From an uncultured virus (IMG/VR IMGVR_UViG_3300038656_000077) (Duplodnaviria; Heunggongvirae; Uroviricota; Caudoviricetes), in the IMG/VR virus record IMGVR_UViG_3300038656_000077: 59,930 nt of DNA; one strand, 5' to 3'. The notes beneath the pieces are model-generated. The model was not told the origin of the DNA, searched no databases, and saw only the letters and a list, made by a program, of their open reading frames with translations. Position numbers and translations under genes: made by a program. The first letter of the stretch is position 1. Each line of letters opens with the position of its first letter. Of the stretch, positions 20,965 through 32,100 are shown one piece after another.

Positions 20965-21270
20965 ATGGAAGAGCTAAAAGTAAAACTCAAAGAGTTACAA
21001 CAAGAAGTAAGAAACAAGCAGTACGAAATTGACAATTTTGAAATTGATAGATACGACAAAGAAGATCAATTTTGTGATATGTTAGACGAAGCTTATCCAA
21101 AGCTTTTTAATATGCTACCCTCACGCATATTGAGGGAGTGTGACCCTATTAGGTACAATGAAGAGTTAAGCAACTACGTTGACTCTATGGAAGTTTCAGA
21201 CGAGCCAGCATATAAGGAACTGGAGGACGAACTCGAAGAAATAGAGGATGAAATTTTAGATTTGCAATAA
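20965..21270 (+). CDS. Highly acidic early protein (possible DNA mimic)
   Basis: D/E-rich, PSRILRECDPIRY. Confidence 0.7.
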   Translation: MEELKVKLKELQQEVRNKQYEIDNFEIDRYDKEDQFCDMLDEAYPKLFNMLPSRILRECDPIRYNEELSNYVDSMEVSDEPAYKELEDELEEIEDEILDLQ

Positions 21271-21308
21271 CAAATGCGAGAGAATAAGAACAGAAAACTA
21301 AACAAGCT

Positions 21309-21542
21309 ATGAAAGTAACAAGAACAAACAACACAACAAAGCCAAAAATCAATTTTCCATGTATTATGGAGCTAACAACAAAACCAGAAGTTATAGTTTA
21401 TGTAACAGGAGAAGAAGATGGAGCATATATGGGTATAGCCCTAAGCCACCCTCAACTTGAAAAATGGAATAAGGAGATAACAAAATGGGATATGGACGTG
21501 TTTGTCCCTATGAAAGAAGGAGTATTATTAGAGAACGACTAA
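21309..21542 (+). CDS. Hypothetical protein
   Basis: 77 aa. Confidence 0.6.
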   Translation: MKVTRTNNTTKPKINFPCIMELTTKPEVIVYVTGEEDGAYMGIALSHPQLEKWNKEITKWDMDVFVPMKEGVLLEND

Positions 21543-21893
21543 AAAGGCGATTTGCTTTGTTAATAGCCGTATATTTGAATAACGAAAAACACTAGAAATT
21601 ATGGAAACAGTAAAATTTAATAATGCAGATTTAGAATTTTATATTGATAAAATACAGTCTTTTGATGTACCTATAACAGTAGCAAAAGCATTTGATGATA
21701 ACTTAGACTATCCTTATGCAATGAATGTTGAAGATGAGAGCTTTTTTATATAACTCAAATGGAAAGAGATACAGATTTTGACAAGTTAAAAAGCGTTGTA
21801 CCACAATTTTCTTTTGTTGAACTTTAACTTACCCTTAACAGGATTATCTAATCATTAACCTTACCTTTGAATAACACTAAAACACAAAATATT

Positions 21894-22130
21894 ATGACAC
21901 TAGAATTAAACATACAAGGCTATTTCGATTTTACAATTTGTATATTGAATACCGAAATTCCAATAGAAAACGAAATAGCTTTAGGGGTACTAGACAACCT
22001 GCAACAAGGCGAATATATGATAGGTATTGGAAGTAGAACCATATTCGATACAAACGACCTATTAACACCTCTATACAGTTTTGTTATGGAAGCCACAAAC
22101 AACACAGAGTACAATTTTGATGAATATTAA
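21894..22130 (+). CDS. Hypothetical early protein
   Basis: ATG 21894 after repeat promoter. Confidence 0.6.
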   Translation: MTLELNIQGYFDFTICILNTEIPIENEIALGVLDNLQQGEYMIGIGSRTIFDTNDLLTPLYSFVMEATNNTEYNFDEY

Positions 22131-22322
22131 AACCTTGAAATTATGAACGTATTACAATTATTTAAGAAAGACAGCGAAGAGTTAAAAAGTTTCTTAAAAG
22201 TTATATTGTAGATTACAGCGGTCAAGGCGGTTTTATAAGAAAAGCCAAAGTTTAACATTCCATTAACACACCAAGTGAATATTGTACCCTATATTTGTTA
22301 AACAATTAAAACACTAGAAATT

Positions 22323-22565
22323 ATGACATATCAAAAACAAGTAAGCATAATAGAGGAAATGCAATCAAAAGGATTTAACGTATGTAGTTGCGGTAATTGT
22401 GGGGGCATTATACTATTAAATGAAGAGACAAAGCCTAAAATGGAAGATGATAGCGAAGGTATATATTGCCCCCATTGTAAGGTAGAAATGGCTTATTCAG
22501 ATTGTCCCGACTATTACTATGAAGGTATGCCCGAGTTAAACGAAGAGCGAAATAATGAAAATTAA
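22323..22565 (+). CDS. Zinc-ribbon protein
   Basis: CGNC...CPHC. Confidence 0.7.
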   Translation: MTYQKQVSIIEEMQSKGFNVCSCGNCGGIILLNEETKPKMEDDSEGIYCPHCKVEMAYSDCPDYYYEGMPELNEERNNEN

Positions 22566-22589
22566 CACAAAAGAAAAACTATAGAAATT

Positions 22590-23180
22590 ATGAGAACTAT
22601 AAAGAGTTATTTACCGTGTTTTTTGGGATTTTATAACACCCTATTTGAGTACGACAATGAAGAGTTTGATATTGAAAACTACAATGAAGAGAATGGTACT
22701 GACCTATCGTTCGATGATTTTGAATTTAACTATGAAGATTATAGTAAAAGAATTTCAAAGGCGTGCGTTGATGAAATTGAAACATATTTGCAAGGTGATG
22801 ACTTTAAAATTAAATTGGAATTTGAGCAGTTAAAAAGTCCACGTGAATATAATTTAGCCACAGATGAAATACAAGTTACCTATATATTAGGACAGCGTGA
22901 ATTTACTAAGTTTACAGATTATTTGGAAGATAACATTGAAGCCTTCAAAGAGTACATTAAAGAACGTTATACGAGCCGCTCTGGATTCAGTAGTTTCTAT
23001 TCAAACGATGCTAATGATTGGATTACCGATTTCAAGATAGCCACAGATGATGAATTATCTCATACCTTTGGCACTCTATTGGAATTCTACTTTGAGAATG
23101 AGGGTTATTCAGATGAAGATTTGAGCGAAGCGGTGAGTTATGAAAATTACTGCGATTTTGATATTTTAACTTCAGCTTAA
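22590..23180 (+). CDS. Highly acidic early protein
   Basis: 196 aa, F.GFY.T, SPREYN..TD, SRSGF.SFY. Confidence 0.75.
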   Translation: MRTIKSYLPCFLGFYNTLFEYDNEEFDIENYNEENGTDLSFDDFEFNYEDYSKRISKACVDEIETYLQGDDFKIKLEFEQLKSPREYNLATDEIQVTYILGQREFTKFTDYLEDNIEAFKEYIKERYTSRSGFSSFYSNDANDWITDFKIATDDELSHTFGTLLEFYFENEGYSDEDLSEAVSYENYCDFDILTSA

Positions 23181-23376
23181 CAATATAAGCCTAAAATTTT
23201 ATTATCTTTGCACATAGAAATTAGTTAAAATAGTAACTTGATTAAGGGGAACAAGTTTAAATTATTCCCGCACCACAAATAGAGGTCATTAGCATTGCGC
23301 TTTCAAAGACCAACGGAAACTGAAAGATAGGTGGAATAAAAAAAGCTATTTTATTTTTAATAAAAAAACTAAACAC

Positions 23377-23787
23377 ATGGAAAATTACGAACAAGCATCA
23401 ATTGATTTCTTGGACAATACAGGCACTACCCTTATGATAACTCACAAAGGCTATGGTAAGCATTTTCAAGAAGACAAACAGCCAAGGCACATATTCAGAT
23501 GCGAATTATCTAAGGGCAGAAATTCTTACTCTTTTGATTTCGGGCAGTCCATAGCAAGTGGATCAAAAAAGCCTACCGAATACGATATTTTAAGTTGTCT
23601 GACGAAAAACGATCCTGGCGATTTTGAAGACTTTTGTGGGGATTTTGGATATGACCCCTATGAGAAAGAGAGTAAACGCACGTACAAAGAGAGTAAACGC
23701 ACGCACAAGGCTTTAATCAAGGAATATGAGGGTGTTTCTCGTATTTGGGACAGCGAAGAGTTGGAATTATTAATGGAAATAGAATAA
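23377..23787 (+). CDS. Hypothetical phage protein
   Basis: PTEYDILSCL...FEDFC.DFGY; 21-bp tandem duplication (KESKRTY/KESKRTH). Confidence 0.75.
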   Translation: MENYEQASIDFLDNTGTTLMITHKGYGKHFQEDKQPRHIFRCELSKGRNSYSFDFGQSIASGSKKPTEYDILSCLTKNDPGDFEDFCGDFGYDPYEKESKRTYKESKRTHKALIKEYEGVSRIWDSEELELLMEIE

Positions 23788-23858
23788 AATTTAACAACCC
23801 CTTAACTATATTAACCTCAAAGATACCTTATCTTTATATCTCACAAAAAACAGAAATT

Positions 23859-24336
23859 ATGAACAACCCATTAGACAGTACAGGAGTAACAGATACAAGA
23901 GATTTAATCGAATACAAAGAGTATTTGGAATCCGAAATTTTAGATGCTTACACAGATTGGGCAGAGAGCCATAACGAATACAAAGACGAAGGCATAGAAG
24001 ATTTAGAAATTCCCTATTCATTCGATGAAATTGAGTTTATTGATGAAGAAGCGTTTACAATAGGTATTCAAGATACAATAGACGAGTACGAAGCGATCAG
24101 AGATTTTTTGTCAAGAGTTGGAAGGTTACGGAGATTCTGAACACGGAGAAACTCTAATTGCAGAAGATTATTTTGAAGAGTATGCAGAAGAGTTAACAAA
24201 GGATTGTGGTTATATTCCCGATAATTTACCCTCATATATCGAAAACAACATTGATTGGGAAGGCGTGGCAGACGATTTAAAATTAGATTATACCGAAGCG
24301 TATTTTGAAGGTATAGCATACTTAATGAGGGCATAA
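23859..24336 (+). pseudogene. ArdA-like antirestriction protein, frameshifted
   Basis: Paralogue of 28170-28640; removing one T from T6 at 24104-24109 joins the two ORFs; YIENNIDWEGVADDL. Confidence 0.65.
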
Positions 24337-24440
24337 ACATTAACAAAACTTTATCTTTTTACAACTAATAAAAACAAAAACACTATGGAAGAGCTAACAG
24401 TAAAACTTGAAGAAATAGGACTAAAAAGAAAATAGAAATT

Positions 24441-24779
24441 ATGAAAAATAATAAACTTATTGCAGAATTTATGGGTGCAAACCCATTTAGAGAGTATGTA
24501 AATGAAGATATATTTTCCTATGAGTTATATGGGATAATTGAGGTCATTGATGATGGAGAACACGAAAAGCACTTTTTCTTGCCCGAAGAAATGTTATTTA
24601 ACGAGTATTGGGATTGGTTAATGCCAGCAGTTAAAAAATGTTTAATATTGACTTGTGATAACGATTGGCACGAGTGGGATTTATCCATAGCTGAAACATT
24701 AAGATCAGTAGATATAAAAACTGTTTACGAAGAAGTTGTAGAGTTTATAAAGTTTTATAATTCTTTAGCTCACTCTTAA
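24441..24779 (+). CDS. Hypothetical phage protein
   Basis: NKLIAEFMG...WDWLMP. Confidence 0.7.
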   Translation: MKNNKLIAEFMGANPFREYVNEDIFSYELYGIIEVIDDGEHEKHFFLPEEMLFNEYWDWLMPAVKKCLILTCDNDWHEWDLSIAETLRSVDIKTVYEEVVEFIKFYNSLAHS

Positions 24780-24829
24780 CAGTTATGCTCAATTGTTAAT
24801 CGTACCTTTGAGCAACATTAAAAAAAATT

Positions 24830-25051
24830 ATGGAAAGAAAGTATTTTAATATAAATGGTTATTGGAAAGATAACAAGGAGGAATTTGAAGGCTATATCGT
24901 TACAAATTACAATGATATGGAAGTGGATTCAGATTATGAGGAAGAGGATATATTCATGTTTGGTATGGATGAACGTTTATTAATTGAAGCCATAGAACTC
25001 AAAGAAGATATTATACATGATTTTGTTACAACGTCTTACACAGAAATTTAA
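24830..25051 (+). CDS. Acidic hypothetical protein
   Basis: 73 aa, own promoter. Confidence 0.65.
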   Translation: MERKYFNINGYWKDNKEEFEGYIVTNYNDMEVDSDYEEEDIFMFGMDERLLIEAIELKEDIIHDFVTTSYTEI

Positions 25052-25289
25052 AAACACAAAACTATGATAACTTTACTAGCAAAAAGAATTGGAACAGGAG
25101 TTAATCTCTATGACAAAGAAAACAACTTAAAGGCTATATTCCCAAGACGAGGGTACAGACCGACTAAGGCTACAAAGGAAGTGATGGTTAATTGTTGGAA
25201 GTATAAATTAGAGTGGATTTAACATAGATTTAAGAATATACTGTTATTTTTAGCTTATCTTTGAGTATAATTTAAAACAATAAAACACC

Positions 25290-25652
25290 ATGAGAAGTAA
25301 ATACAATTTTGTACAAGTTTATAATGTTTGGGTAAATGGTAGAAGTGTGGAGGACGTAGACCAACATTATCCAATTGACAACACAGTTGAGAGAGCATGG
25401 CACAATGATTTTAATAAAGCCGTAAAAGACTTTAATACTGCAAAAGCAACGGAAAGTAATAAAAACGATTTTGGAGAGGAATATTTCAAAGATTATAGTG
25501 TAGTACTTTATGTAATTGATATAGATGTAGAAAAGTTTGAGCAAGAATATGAAATGGAATTTGATTTAAGTAGCGATGAAGTACAAGAAGCAATACCATA
25601 TTATGATGATTATAGATTTACTTGTGTAGCGGAGAGAATAGCTAAATTTTAA
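25290..25652 (+). CDS. Acidic hypothetical protein
   Basis: 120 aa, own promoter. Confidence 0.65.
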   Translation: MRSKYNFVQVYNVWVNGRSVEDVDQHYPIDNTVERAWHNDFNKAVKDFNTAKATESNKNDFGEEYFKDYSVVLYVIDIDVEKFEQEYEMEFDLSSDEVQEAIPYYDDYRFTCVAERIAKF

Positions 25653-25779
25653 ACGGAAGGTATAAATAATGGTGAGGAAGAGCATATTGAAGTTGTTAAG
25701 AACGGATTTGCTATTGAATGGTTATGGTTCGGAGTATTTATTGAAGTATCTTAAAAACTATTAATTTAAAAGAATAATT

Positions 25780-26118
25780 ATGACATACGAAATTATAAAA
25801 AGTAAAGGTTGGTTACAAACAGATGCTAGTTTAGAAACCATGCAATATGGTCGTAAAATTAGCGAGTATGTTTGGGAGTATAGAGAAGTTGATAAGCAGT
25901 ACTTAACAGATGAAAAAGCCTTATCGGATTTCGATAATTGGCATGAAGATGAGATTGATGTGCTATTATACAGTATGAAAGATTTAAGGAATATTATTAA
26001 CTCTTATGGCTATACAATGGATGACTACCACATACTAGAGCAAAGCGGAGAAATATTCACAAAAGAAGATTCAATACAGCTAATAGCAGAGTGCGTTTTT
26101 GAATATGAACATTATTAG
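25780..26118 (+). CDS. Acidic hypothetical protein
   Basis: 112 aa. Confidence 0.65.
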   Translation: MTYEIIKSKGWLQTDASLETMQYGRKISEYVWEYREVDKQYLTDEKALSDFDNWHEDEIDVLLYSMKDLRNIINSYGYTMDDYHILEQSGEIFTKEDSIQLIAECVFEYEHY

Positions 26119-26196
26119 ATATAAAGTTAAGACTTTAACTCTATATTAAGATTATAAACCAACAAGTAATTGTATCTTTGATAAAAAATAAACACC

Positions 26197-27205
26197 ATGA
26201 AAAAAGCAATAATAGTTGAGTACAATTTTATGACACGAATAATTGTAGAAGAAGGACAAGAAACCTTTAATAACCTTGTTGCCCTATCTAAGCAAAAAAT
26301 TCAAGATAAGTTAGACAATAATGAATTAGGAGAGAATTTTTCAGGATGGTATGATGATAAAGAAATGCCGTATGAACCGCCTATGTTATCAAATGATGAA
26401 ATTATTGAACACCTATATAGTGATTTTGAAGCTAATAAAGAGTCTATAGCTCACATGTTATTAGGGGTTCTACAAAGTGAAAGTACCTCTAAGGTTTACT
26501 GGGATGCTTATTTTAAGGGAGCAACAGGACAAGATTTAGAGAGAGCCGAAAAAGGTATAATTTATAAAGGATAATCGCTATGGAAAATAAAATAGAAAAC
26601 TTTACGCAAAGGCAGAAAGCAGATAGTATTTACGAAACATTGGGAGAACTAGATTTTGCTATGTTATATGACTATGACCTAGTTTCCTATGGTGCGGTTA
26701 CGGAAGAAGAAGCCGATAAATTAAAATTAATGTTAGAAGAAGCATTAGATAACCTATTTTACAAGATGCAAGAGTTTGACAATAAAAATAAATAACATGA
26801 CACAGAATCAAAAAGCAATATTAGCAATTACAGATAAGGGAGTAATAGCATTTGAAGAAAATGATACAGTTTACATAGAGGTGGAAGAAACACCTTTTGA
26901 AATATCAGAGTTTGAAATAAACTTTCAAGCCAAATTATATAGTGAAACTTTAACAGAATTTAACACAGAAAATAAATAAGATGAAATTCACACAAGAAAT
27001 TCAAAAAGCAAAAGATTTATTAGAAAGCAAGGGTTATTTTACATATAATCTTTGGCAAACTGATGACGTTACAAACAGATATGAATGTGAAGAGAATGAT
27101 GCTCAAGAGGTATTAAAAGGAGCATTAACCAATTTAGCAGTAATAGAAAGCATTTGGTATGCTATAGATGTTCATGCGGAAGAAATAGGACTAAAAAGAA
27201 AATAG
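26197..27205 (+). CDS. Four coupled small hypothetical genes (26197-26574, 26580-26795, 26797-26979, 26981-27205)
   Basis: Tightly packed + strand ORFs after a repeat promoter. Confidence 0.6.
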
Positions 27206-27210
27206 AAATT

Positions 27211-28035
27211 ATGGATTTTCAAACATTAGGAGATTGGTGCAAATGGTTAGAGAAAAACTTTTCTAACGAACAAATGATACCTACATTACCTGTTATTATC
27301 AGATTAGATGGTAATAACTTTCACAATTGGACAAAAGGATTAGAAAGACCTTTTGATAAAAAACTAACCGAATTAATGACTGAAACTACAAAGTTTTTAG
27401 TTAAAGAAACAAATGCAGTTATTGGTTACACGCAAAGCGATGAAATTACTTTGATTCTTTATTCAAGTGATAGGAAAAGGGCTATTTATAATGCTGGTAA
27501 AAAGCAAAAAATAGTTTCTAAACTTACTGCAAAATGTGTTAACTTTTTTAATGAAAAGAGAAAAGAATTATTACCCACACACGACAAAGTAGCTGTGTTT
27601 GATTGTAGAATTTACCAAACACCGACATTACACGATGCTTGTGTACAATTATTGTGGCGTGAAAATGATGCTACAAAAAATAGCGTTTCGATGTTAGCTC
27701 AAAGTTTATTCTCACACAAGCAACTTCAAAAGTTAAACGGTAGTGAAATGCAAGATAAAATGATGATTGAAAAACAAGTCAATTGGAACGATTTAGAAAC
27801 AAAACTAAAACGTGGAACTTATGTTAAACGTTTAAAAACATCCAAACCTTTTTCTACAAATGAATTGAAAGATTTACCACCAATGCATCAAGCACATAAA
27901 AATCCAAATTTAACAATTGAAAGGTCAACTATTAAAGAAATTGAATATCCTGTTTTTAGCAAAATTGTAAACAAAGAAGATGTTATATTTTTTGGTGCTG
28001 AACCGATTTTGAATGTTTATACCGAAGTCGTTTAA
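27211..28035 (+). CDS. thg1: tRNA(His) guanylyltransferase Thg1-like protein
   Basis: IIRLDGNNFH, YTQSDEITL, FDCR, WRENDATKNS. Confidence 0.92.
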   Translation: MDFQTLGDWCKWLEKNFSNEQMIPTLPVIIRLDGNNFHNWTKGLERPFDKKLTELMTETTKFLVKETNAVIGYTQSDEITLILYSSDRKRAIYNAGKKQKIVSKLTAKCVNFFNEKRKELLPTHDKVAVFDCRIYQTPTLHDACVQLLWRENDATKNSVSMLAQSLFSHKQLQKLNGSEMQDKMMIEKQVNWNDLETKLKRGTYVKRLKTSKPFSTNELKDLPPMHQAHKNPNLTIERSTIKEIEYPVFSKIVNKEDVIFFGAEPILNVYTEVV

Positions 28036-28169
28036 AATGGCAGGTAACAGGCAATATTAAGCGAGATGTAAAAGTCTCGCCTTTTTTATAAAACATAAAA
28101 TTTTAACAAATATTTAAGAAAAATAACTAAAAAACAATTGCATCTTTGTATAACAAAAAAATAGAAATT

Positions 28170-28640
28170 ATGAGAAACCCGCTGAACAAACAAGTAACAG
28201 ATTCAAGAGACTTATTAGAATTTAAAGAAGAGCTTGAACAAGAAATTTTAGATACCTATATTGAGTTTGCAAAAGACCATAACGAATTTAAAGATGAGGA
28301 AACAGAAGATTTAAAGATTCCTGGTAGCTTCGATGAGGTCGAGATTTTTGAGGAGGACACCTTTTTAATTTTTGGGTATTTAATCGAAGAGTATGAAGAT
28401 TTAAAAGACTTCATTGAGGAGTTGGAGACTTATTCAAGTGATTTTCAATATGGGGTAGCAATAATCCACGAGAGTTATTTTGAAGACTATTGTCAAGAGT
28501 TTGTTGAAGATTGTGGACTTTTGCCAAGTGATTTGCCAGCTTTCATTGAAAATAATATTAATTGGCGAGATGTAGCTTACGATATGCGTTATGGTTATGC
28601 AGAATTAGAATTTGATGGAAAAACCTATTTGATAAGATAA
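28170..28640 (+). CDS. ArdA-like acidic antirestriction protein
   Basis: Very acidic; LPAFIENNINWRDVAYDM resembles the ArdA C-terminal domain. Confidence 0.6.
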   Translation: MRNPLNKQVTDSRDLLEFKEELEQEILDTYIEFAKDHNEFKDEETEDLKIPGSFDEVEIFEEDTFLIFGYLIEEYEDLKDFIEELETYSSDFQYGVAIIHESYFEDYCQEFVEDCGLLPSDLPAFIENNINWRDVAYDMRYGYAELEFDGKTYLIR

Positions 28641-29060
28641 TAAAGCTTTAAGCTATTATTAACAATAACTTACTTAGATTAATCGTATCTTTGTACAAGC
28701 GGAAGTTGAAAAGCTATTAGAGTAGGTAAATTAAAAAACGAAATATTATGATAACGATTAAAAAATATAAGTGCAATCACCAATTTAGAACATATTGGAA
28801 TGTACACGCAAAAAGAGAACAATACGACTTTAGAATAGCTGAATGCACTTGCATTTATATTTTTGGTTTATTGATATGGAAAAGTTTAAAAAGCATTGAG
28901 AACTAAGCATTATTTATATACCGTGTTACCCGCCGTTTTCTTATCGAAATGTTAAATTTTAGGTAAATACCAAAAATAAATTGACTTTAGCTTGCGAGTA
29001 ATTAGGTAAATGCCTAAATTAGTACTGTAGCAATAAAGCTATAACAAATACTTAGAAATT

Positions 29061-29639
29061 ATGAAAAATACAGCGACTATTAGTATTAACAATGACAACG
29101 TAAGAATCAATGGTGAAAACATTAATATGCATGAAACTGGACTTGACGGGCTATATTCTATCGAAGAAATAAAAGAATATATCCTTGAAGAAGATGGAAT
29201 TGTTGAAGTTGAAGAAATTGAGTTTGTTGATGGAAATGACGATACGGTAAATGCATTATTAAAGTTGAAGGAATTAGCCGAAAATGGGGATATCTATCAC
29301 GATGTATATACAGGAGAAGAATGGTTAGGTATTAATGGAGAAGGAAAAATATTATTAGGTCGTGGCGATACAACCGATTGGGGGAAATATTCAGGCGAAC
29401 CAGAAAATACAGAAGAATGGTTAAATGAAAAAAACTGGAAGCCACTACAAGAAGATATTAAGATAGAAACAGTTTCAATCCCAGAAGATGGACAACCAGG
29501 ATTAGTTGACAAACTATGTTTTGTACAAAAAAACACCGAAGTTTCAAGCCCTGTCAATGATTGCGTTTCTTGGATGGATGAATTTGAAGTGTTAAATAAT
29601 AATGGCGAGTACTTTGCAGTAGCAAAAAGATTATACTAA
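29061..29639 (+). CDS. Acidic hypothetical protein (cassette-borne)
   Basis: 192 aa within cassette 28925-29837. Confidence 0.7.
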   Translation: MKNTATISINNDNVRINGENINMHETGLDGLYSIEEIKEYILEEDGIVEVEEIEFVDGNDDTVNALLKLKELAENGDIYHDVYTGEEWLGINGEGKILLGRGDTTDWGKYSGEPENTEEWLNEKNWKPLQEDIKIETVSIPEDGQPGLVDKLCFVQKNTEVSSPVNDCVSWMDEFEVLNNNGEYFAVAKRLY

Positions 29640-29836
29640 TGCATAATCTTAATAATTTCAAAATGACCATCCAAGAAGTAAAAAAAGAACTCGGATTATC
29701 TGACAAAGATATAGCCGAGTTCTTCCAATACGCAAGCGGTAATAGTTATGCTACAAGCGCACGAAAAGAAAAGTTAGACCACGGAATTATAAAAATGTTT
29801 CTAAAGTGTAAGGATCATTTCTCAAATGGCGGGTAA
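29639..29836 (+). CDS. Small HTH protein (cassette-borne)
   Basis: IQEVKKELGLSDKDIAEFF; stop codon lies in GGTAAC. Confidence 0.65.
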   Translation: MHNLNNFKMTIQEVKKELGLSDKDIAEFFQYASGNSYATSARKEKLDHGIIKMFLKCKDHFSNGG

Positions 29837-29867
29837 CAACGGATATGAATAACAAAACAAAACAAAA

Positions 29868-30229
29868 ATGAAATTAATACAACCAAGAGGTGTACAAGAC
29901 ATAGCAGACTACCTAAAAGAAAACAAATTAAAACTTGAAGATGTAGAAAAATACAAAAGTTTAGAATACCAATATAAAAAATGTGAAGGTGGTGGTAGTT
30001 ATGTTAGAGCATCATTTTATATTATAGAAGGAAATTTTTATACTAATTGGGACTGTTAAAACTGTAAATTATGATAACTAATGTTTGGGATGAAATACGA
30101 TTAATTAGGTGTATAAAGAAAGGTCTTTGGTTAAAAACAAAACATAGAGGGTGGATAAGACCTGCATTATATAATGAATATCTATCATACGCCTTTGATT
30201 GTAAAATTTTAAAGGAAGAACGATGGTAG
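29868..30229 (+). CDS. Two small ORFs (29868-30059, 30071-30229) inside an attC-like hairpin interior
   Basis: Between arms 29835-29852 and 30236-30253. Confidence 0.55.
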
Positions 30230-30408
30230 TGTTTTTATTATTTATATACCGTTCGATGTATAAGGAACGGCTTGTAAATATCTTAAATTATATCTAACAG
30301 AAGTCTTAAAATCCTAGTTAAGTAGGTGCGGTTAGTCGACTGTTAGGGGGCTTTTAAAATAAATATATTGAAAAAGGCGGTCTATAAACATTTAAAAAAT
30401 TTAACATT

Positions 30409-31660
30409 ATGAATTATCAAACAAAAGTCGTACTTAGAAAAACATTGTACGAGTTTAGAGGTGCAGAAAGAGCCAAACAAGATGAAATGGTATCTTTAAT
30501 CGAGCAAAGAATAAAACAGCATCAAAACGCTTTAAAAACTACTGGTACAGGTTATGCGGATCATTTTGTACAAGCAGGAAAAATATTTTTGAGAATAGCT
30601 AAAAAAGATTAACACTTCATTAACAAAACAAAACAATTATATTCATTATCTTTGTGTCAACCGCAATAGAAACAACCAAATTAGTAAAATTATGATAAAC
30701 ACAGGAACAATACACAGCATCAACGGAATAGAAGTGAACATGGGAGGAGGTATGGCTAGAGGTTTATATAACCTATCAAGAGATAATCATATAACTCTTT
30801 GGTTTGACGAAGGAACTTTAGACCATCTTATGAGTCTATCGGACGAGAAGTTAGAACAGGAATTTTTAAAAATGGTGAGGTAAGATGAAATTTGAAAACA
30901 CACTTGTAGATTTAGGGGCCACAAAAAATAGAGATATATTTGGCTTAGAAGAGTACATTATTCAAACCAAAACAGGGCTATTGTATGTTACTCTTATGAA
31001 CGATAACCATCTTTGCTGTAATTTTATCGGTAGCGAGAAAGAGGCTAAAAAGAAATTCGGTCACTGGAAGCAAAACAGGATAGTGGAAACAGAACAAGAC
31101 ATTATCAACCACATAGAAAGATTAAAGCTATAATGGATAAAGCAATACAAATAAGAAAGGAAGGGGAGTATACATACGAATCTCTACAAAACAAATCTTT
31201 ATTTAGAGTTGGCAGAGGAGACAAAAAGACAAAATGGGTTGCTTTTAAGTTTTTGCAGGGTATATTCTTAGCCGACACAGATAAGTTTAAACAGATTATT
31301 AACAGTAAGTTACAACATGAAGCATTATCTTTGTGTTCTAAAAAATAGAAGATGGACAGGAAAAAATTAAAGAAGGCAGATTTTATAAGGTTTAGCGATA
31401 ATCCGAGCCTCAACTTTAGTATAATTAAAATGCTAAAGCAGAATTGGTCGGATATATTAAAAAATCCAGATGTGATGAATACAGACAGTTTCACTAAAGA
31501 AGAATTAGAGTCGTTAGCTTGTATGAACATGGAGATATTTACAAAGACTGCCGTAGCAACAGATAATAGAATACATTACAAAGAAGATCCTCTAACAATA
31601 GTTTTAGCTAGTATGTTAGGTAAAGTAAAGTCAGAACTTAAAAGCTTGATGAGAGAGTAA
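30409..31660 (+). CDS. Five small hypothetical genes (30409-30612, 30692-30883, 30885-31133, 31133-31348, 31352-31660)
   Basis: Coupled + strand ORFs. Confidence 0.6.
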
Positions 31661-31678
31661 CAGAAAATTAAAAATAGA

Positions 31679-31927
31679 ATGAGTAAAGAAGCAGAAGAGT
31701 TTTTTAAACAAAAGACAATAGAAAACGCTGAAACACCAAGGATGAAAAAATTTCTTGCATTGGTGAATAGAGAAGCAGAAGGAAAGATTTTGCAAGAATA
31801 TGCCGAACAGCAATTAATTTTACATGGTCTTGTGGAAGCGTTTCACTGCATGGCTGCTAATAGCCAGGATGGTTTTACTGAAGAAAAATGTAAAGAACAG
31901 TGTAAAATGTGTAAAAGTGGGCAATGA
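31679..31927 (+). CDS. Cassette-type small protein with Cys tail
   Basis: QQLILHGLV over a degenerate arm. Confidence 0.6.
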   Translation: MSKEAEEFFKQKTIENAETPRMKKFLALVNREAEGKILQEYAEQQLILHGLVEAFHCMAANSQDGFTEEKCKEQCKMCKSGQ

Positions 31928-32100
31928 CATGTTTGCTAACAACGTTTTGTATATGAAAAGTAGCGTATAGACAAGTAGAAATTAACGAGTAAAACAGAAG
32001 TAATATAAACAAGCAAAGACCAACGTATTAAGCACTTAAAAGCTATTTTTTATATATGTTGTTGTGTGTATTGAGGTGGTTTAGCAAAAACTTAAATAAA

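Larger units (their letters stand above)
15480..30660 (+). promoter_or_regulatory. About 20 repeated early-type promoters TTAAC-N6-TTAA(C/G)-N21/22-TAnnTTTG
   Basis: Examples near 16483, 17146, 17396, 18227, 20217, 21823, 22252, 23166, 23790, 24764, 25218, 26134, 28102, 28648, 30609. TAnnTTTG is the Bacteroidota -7 element. Confidence 0.75.
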
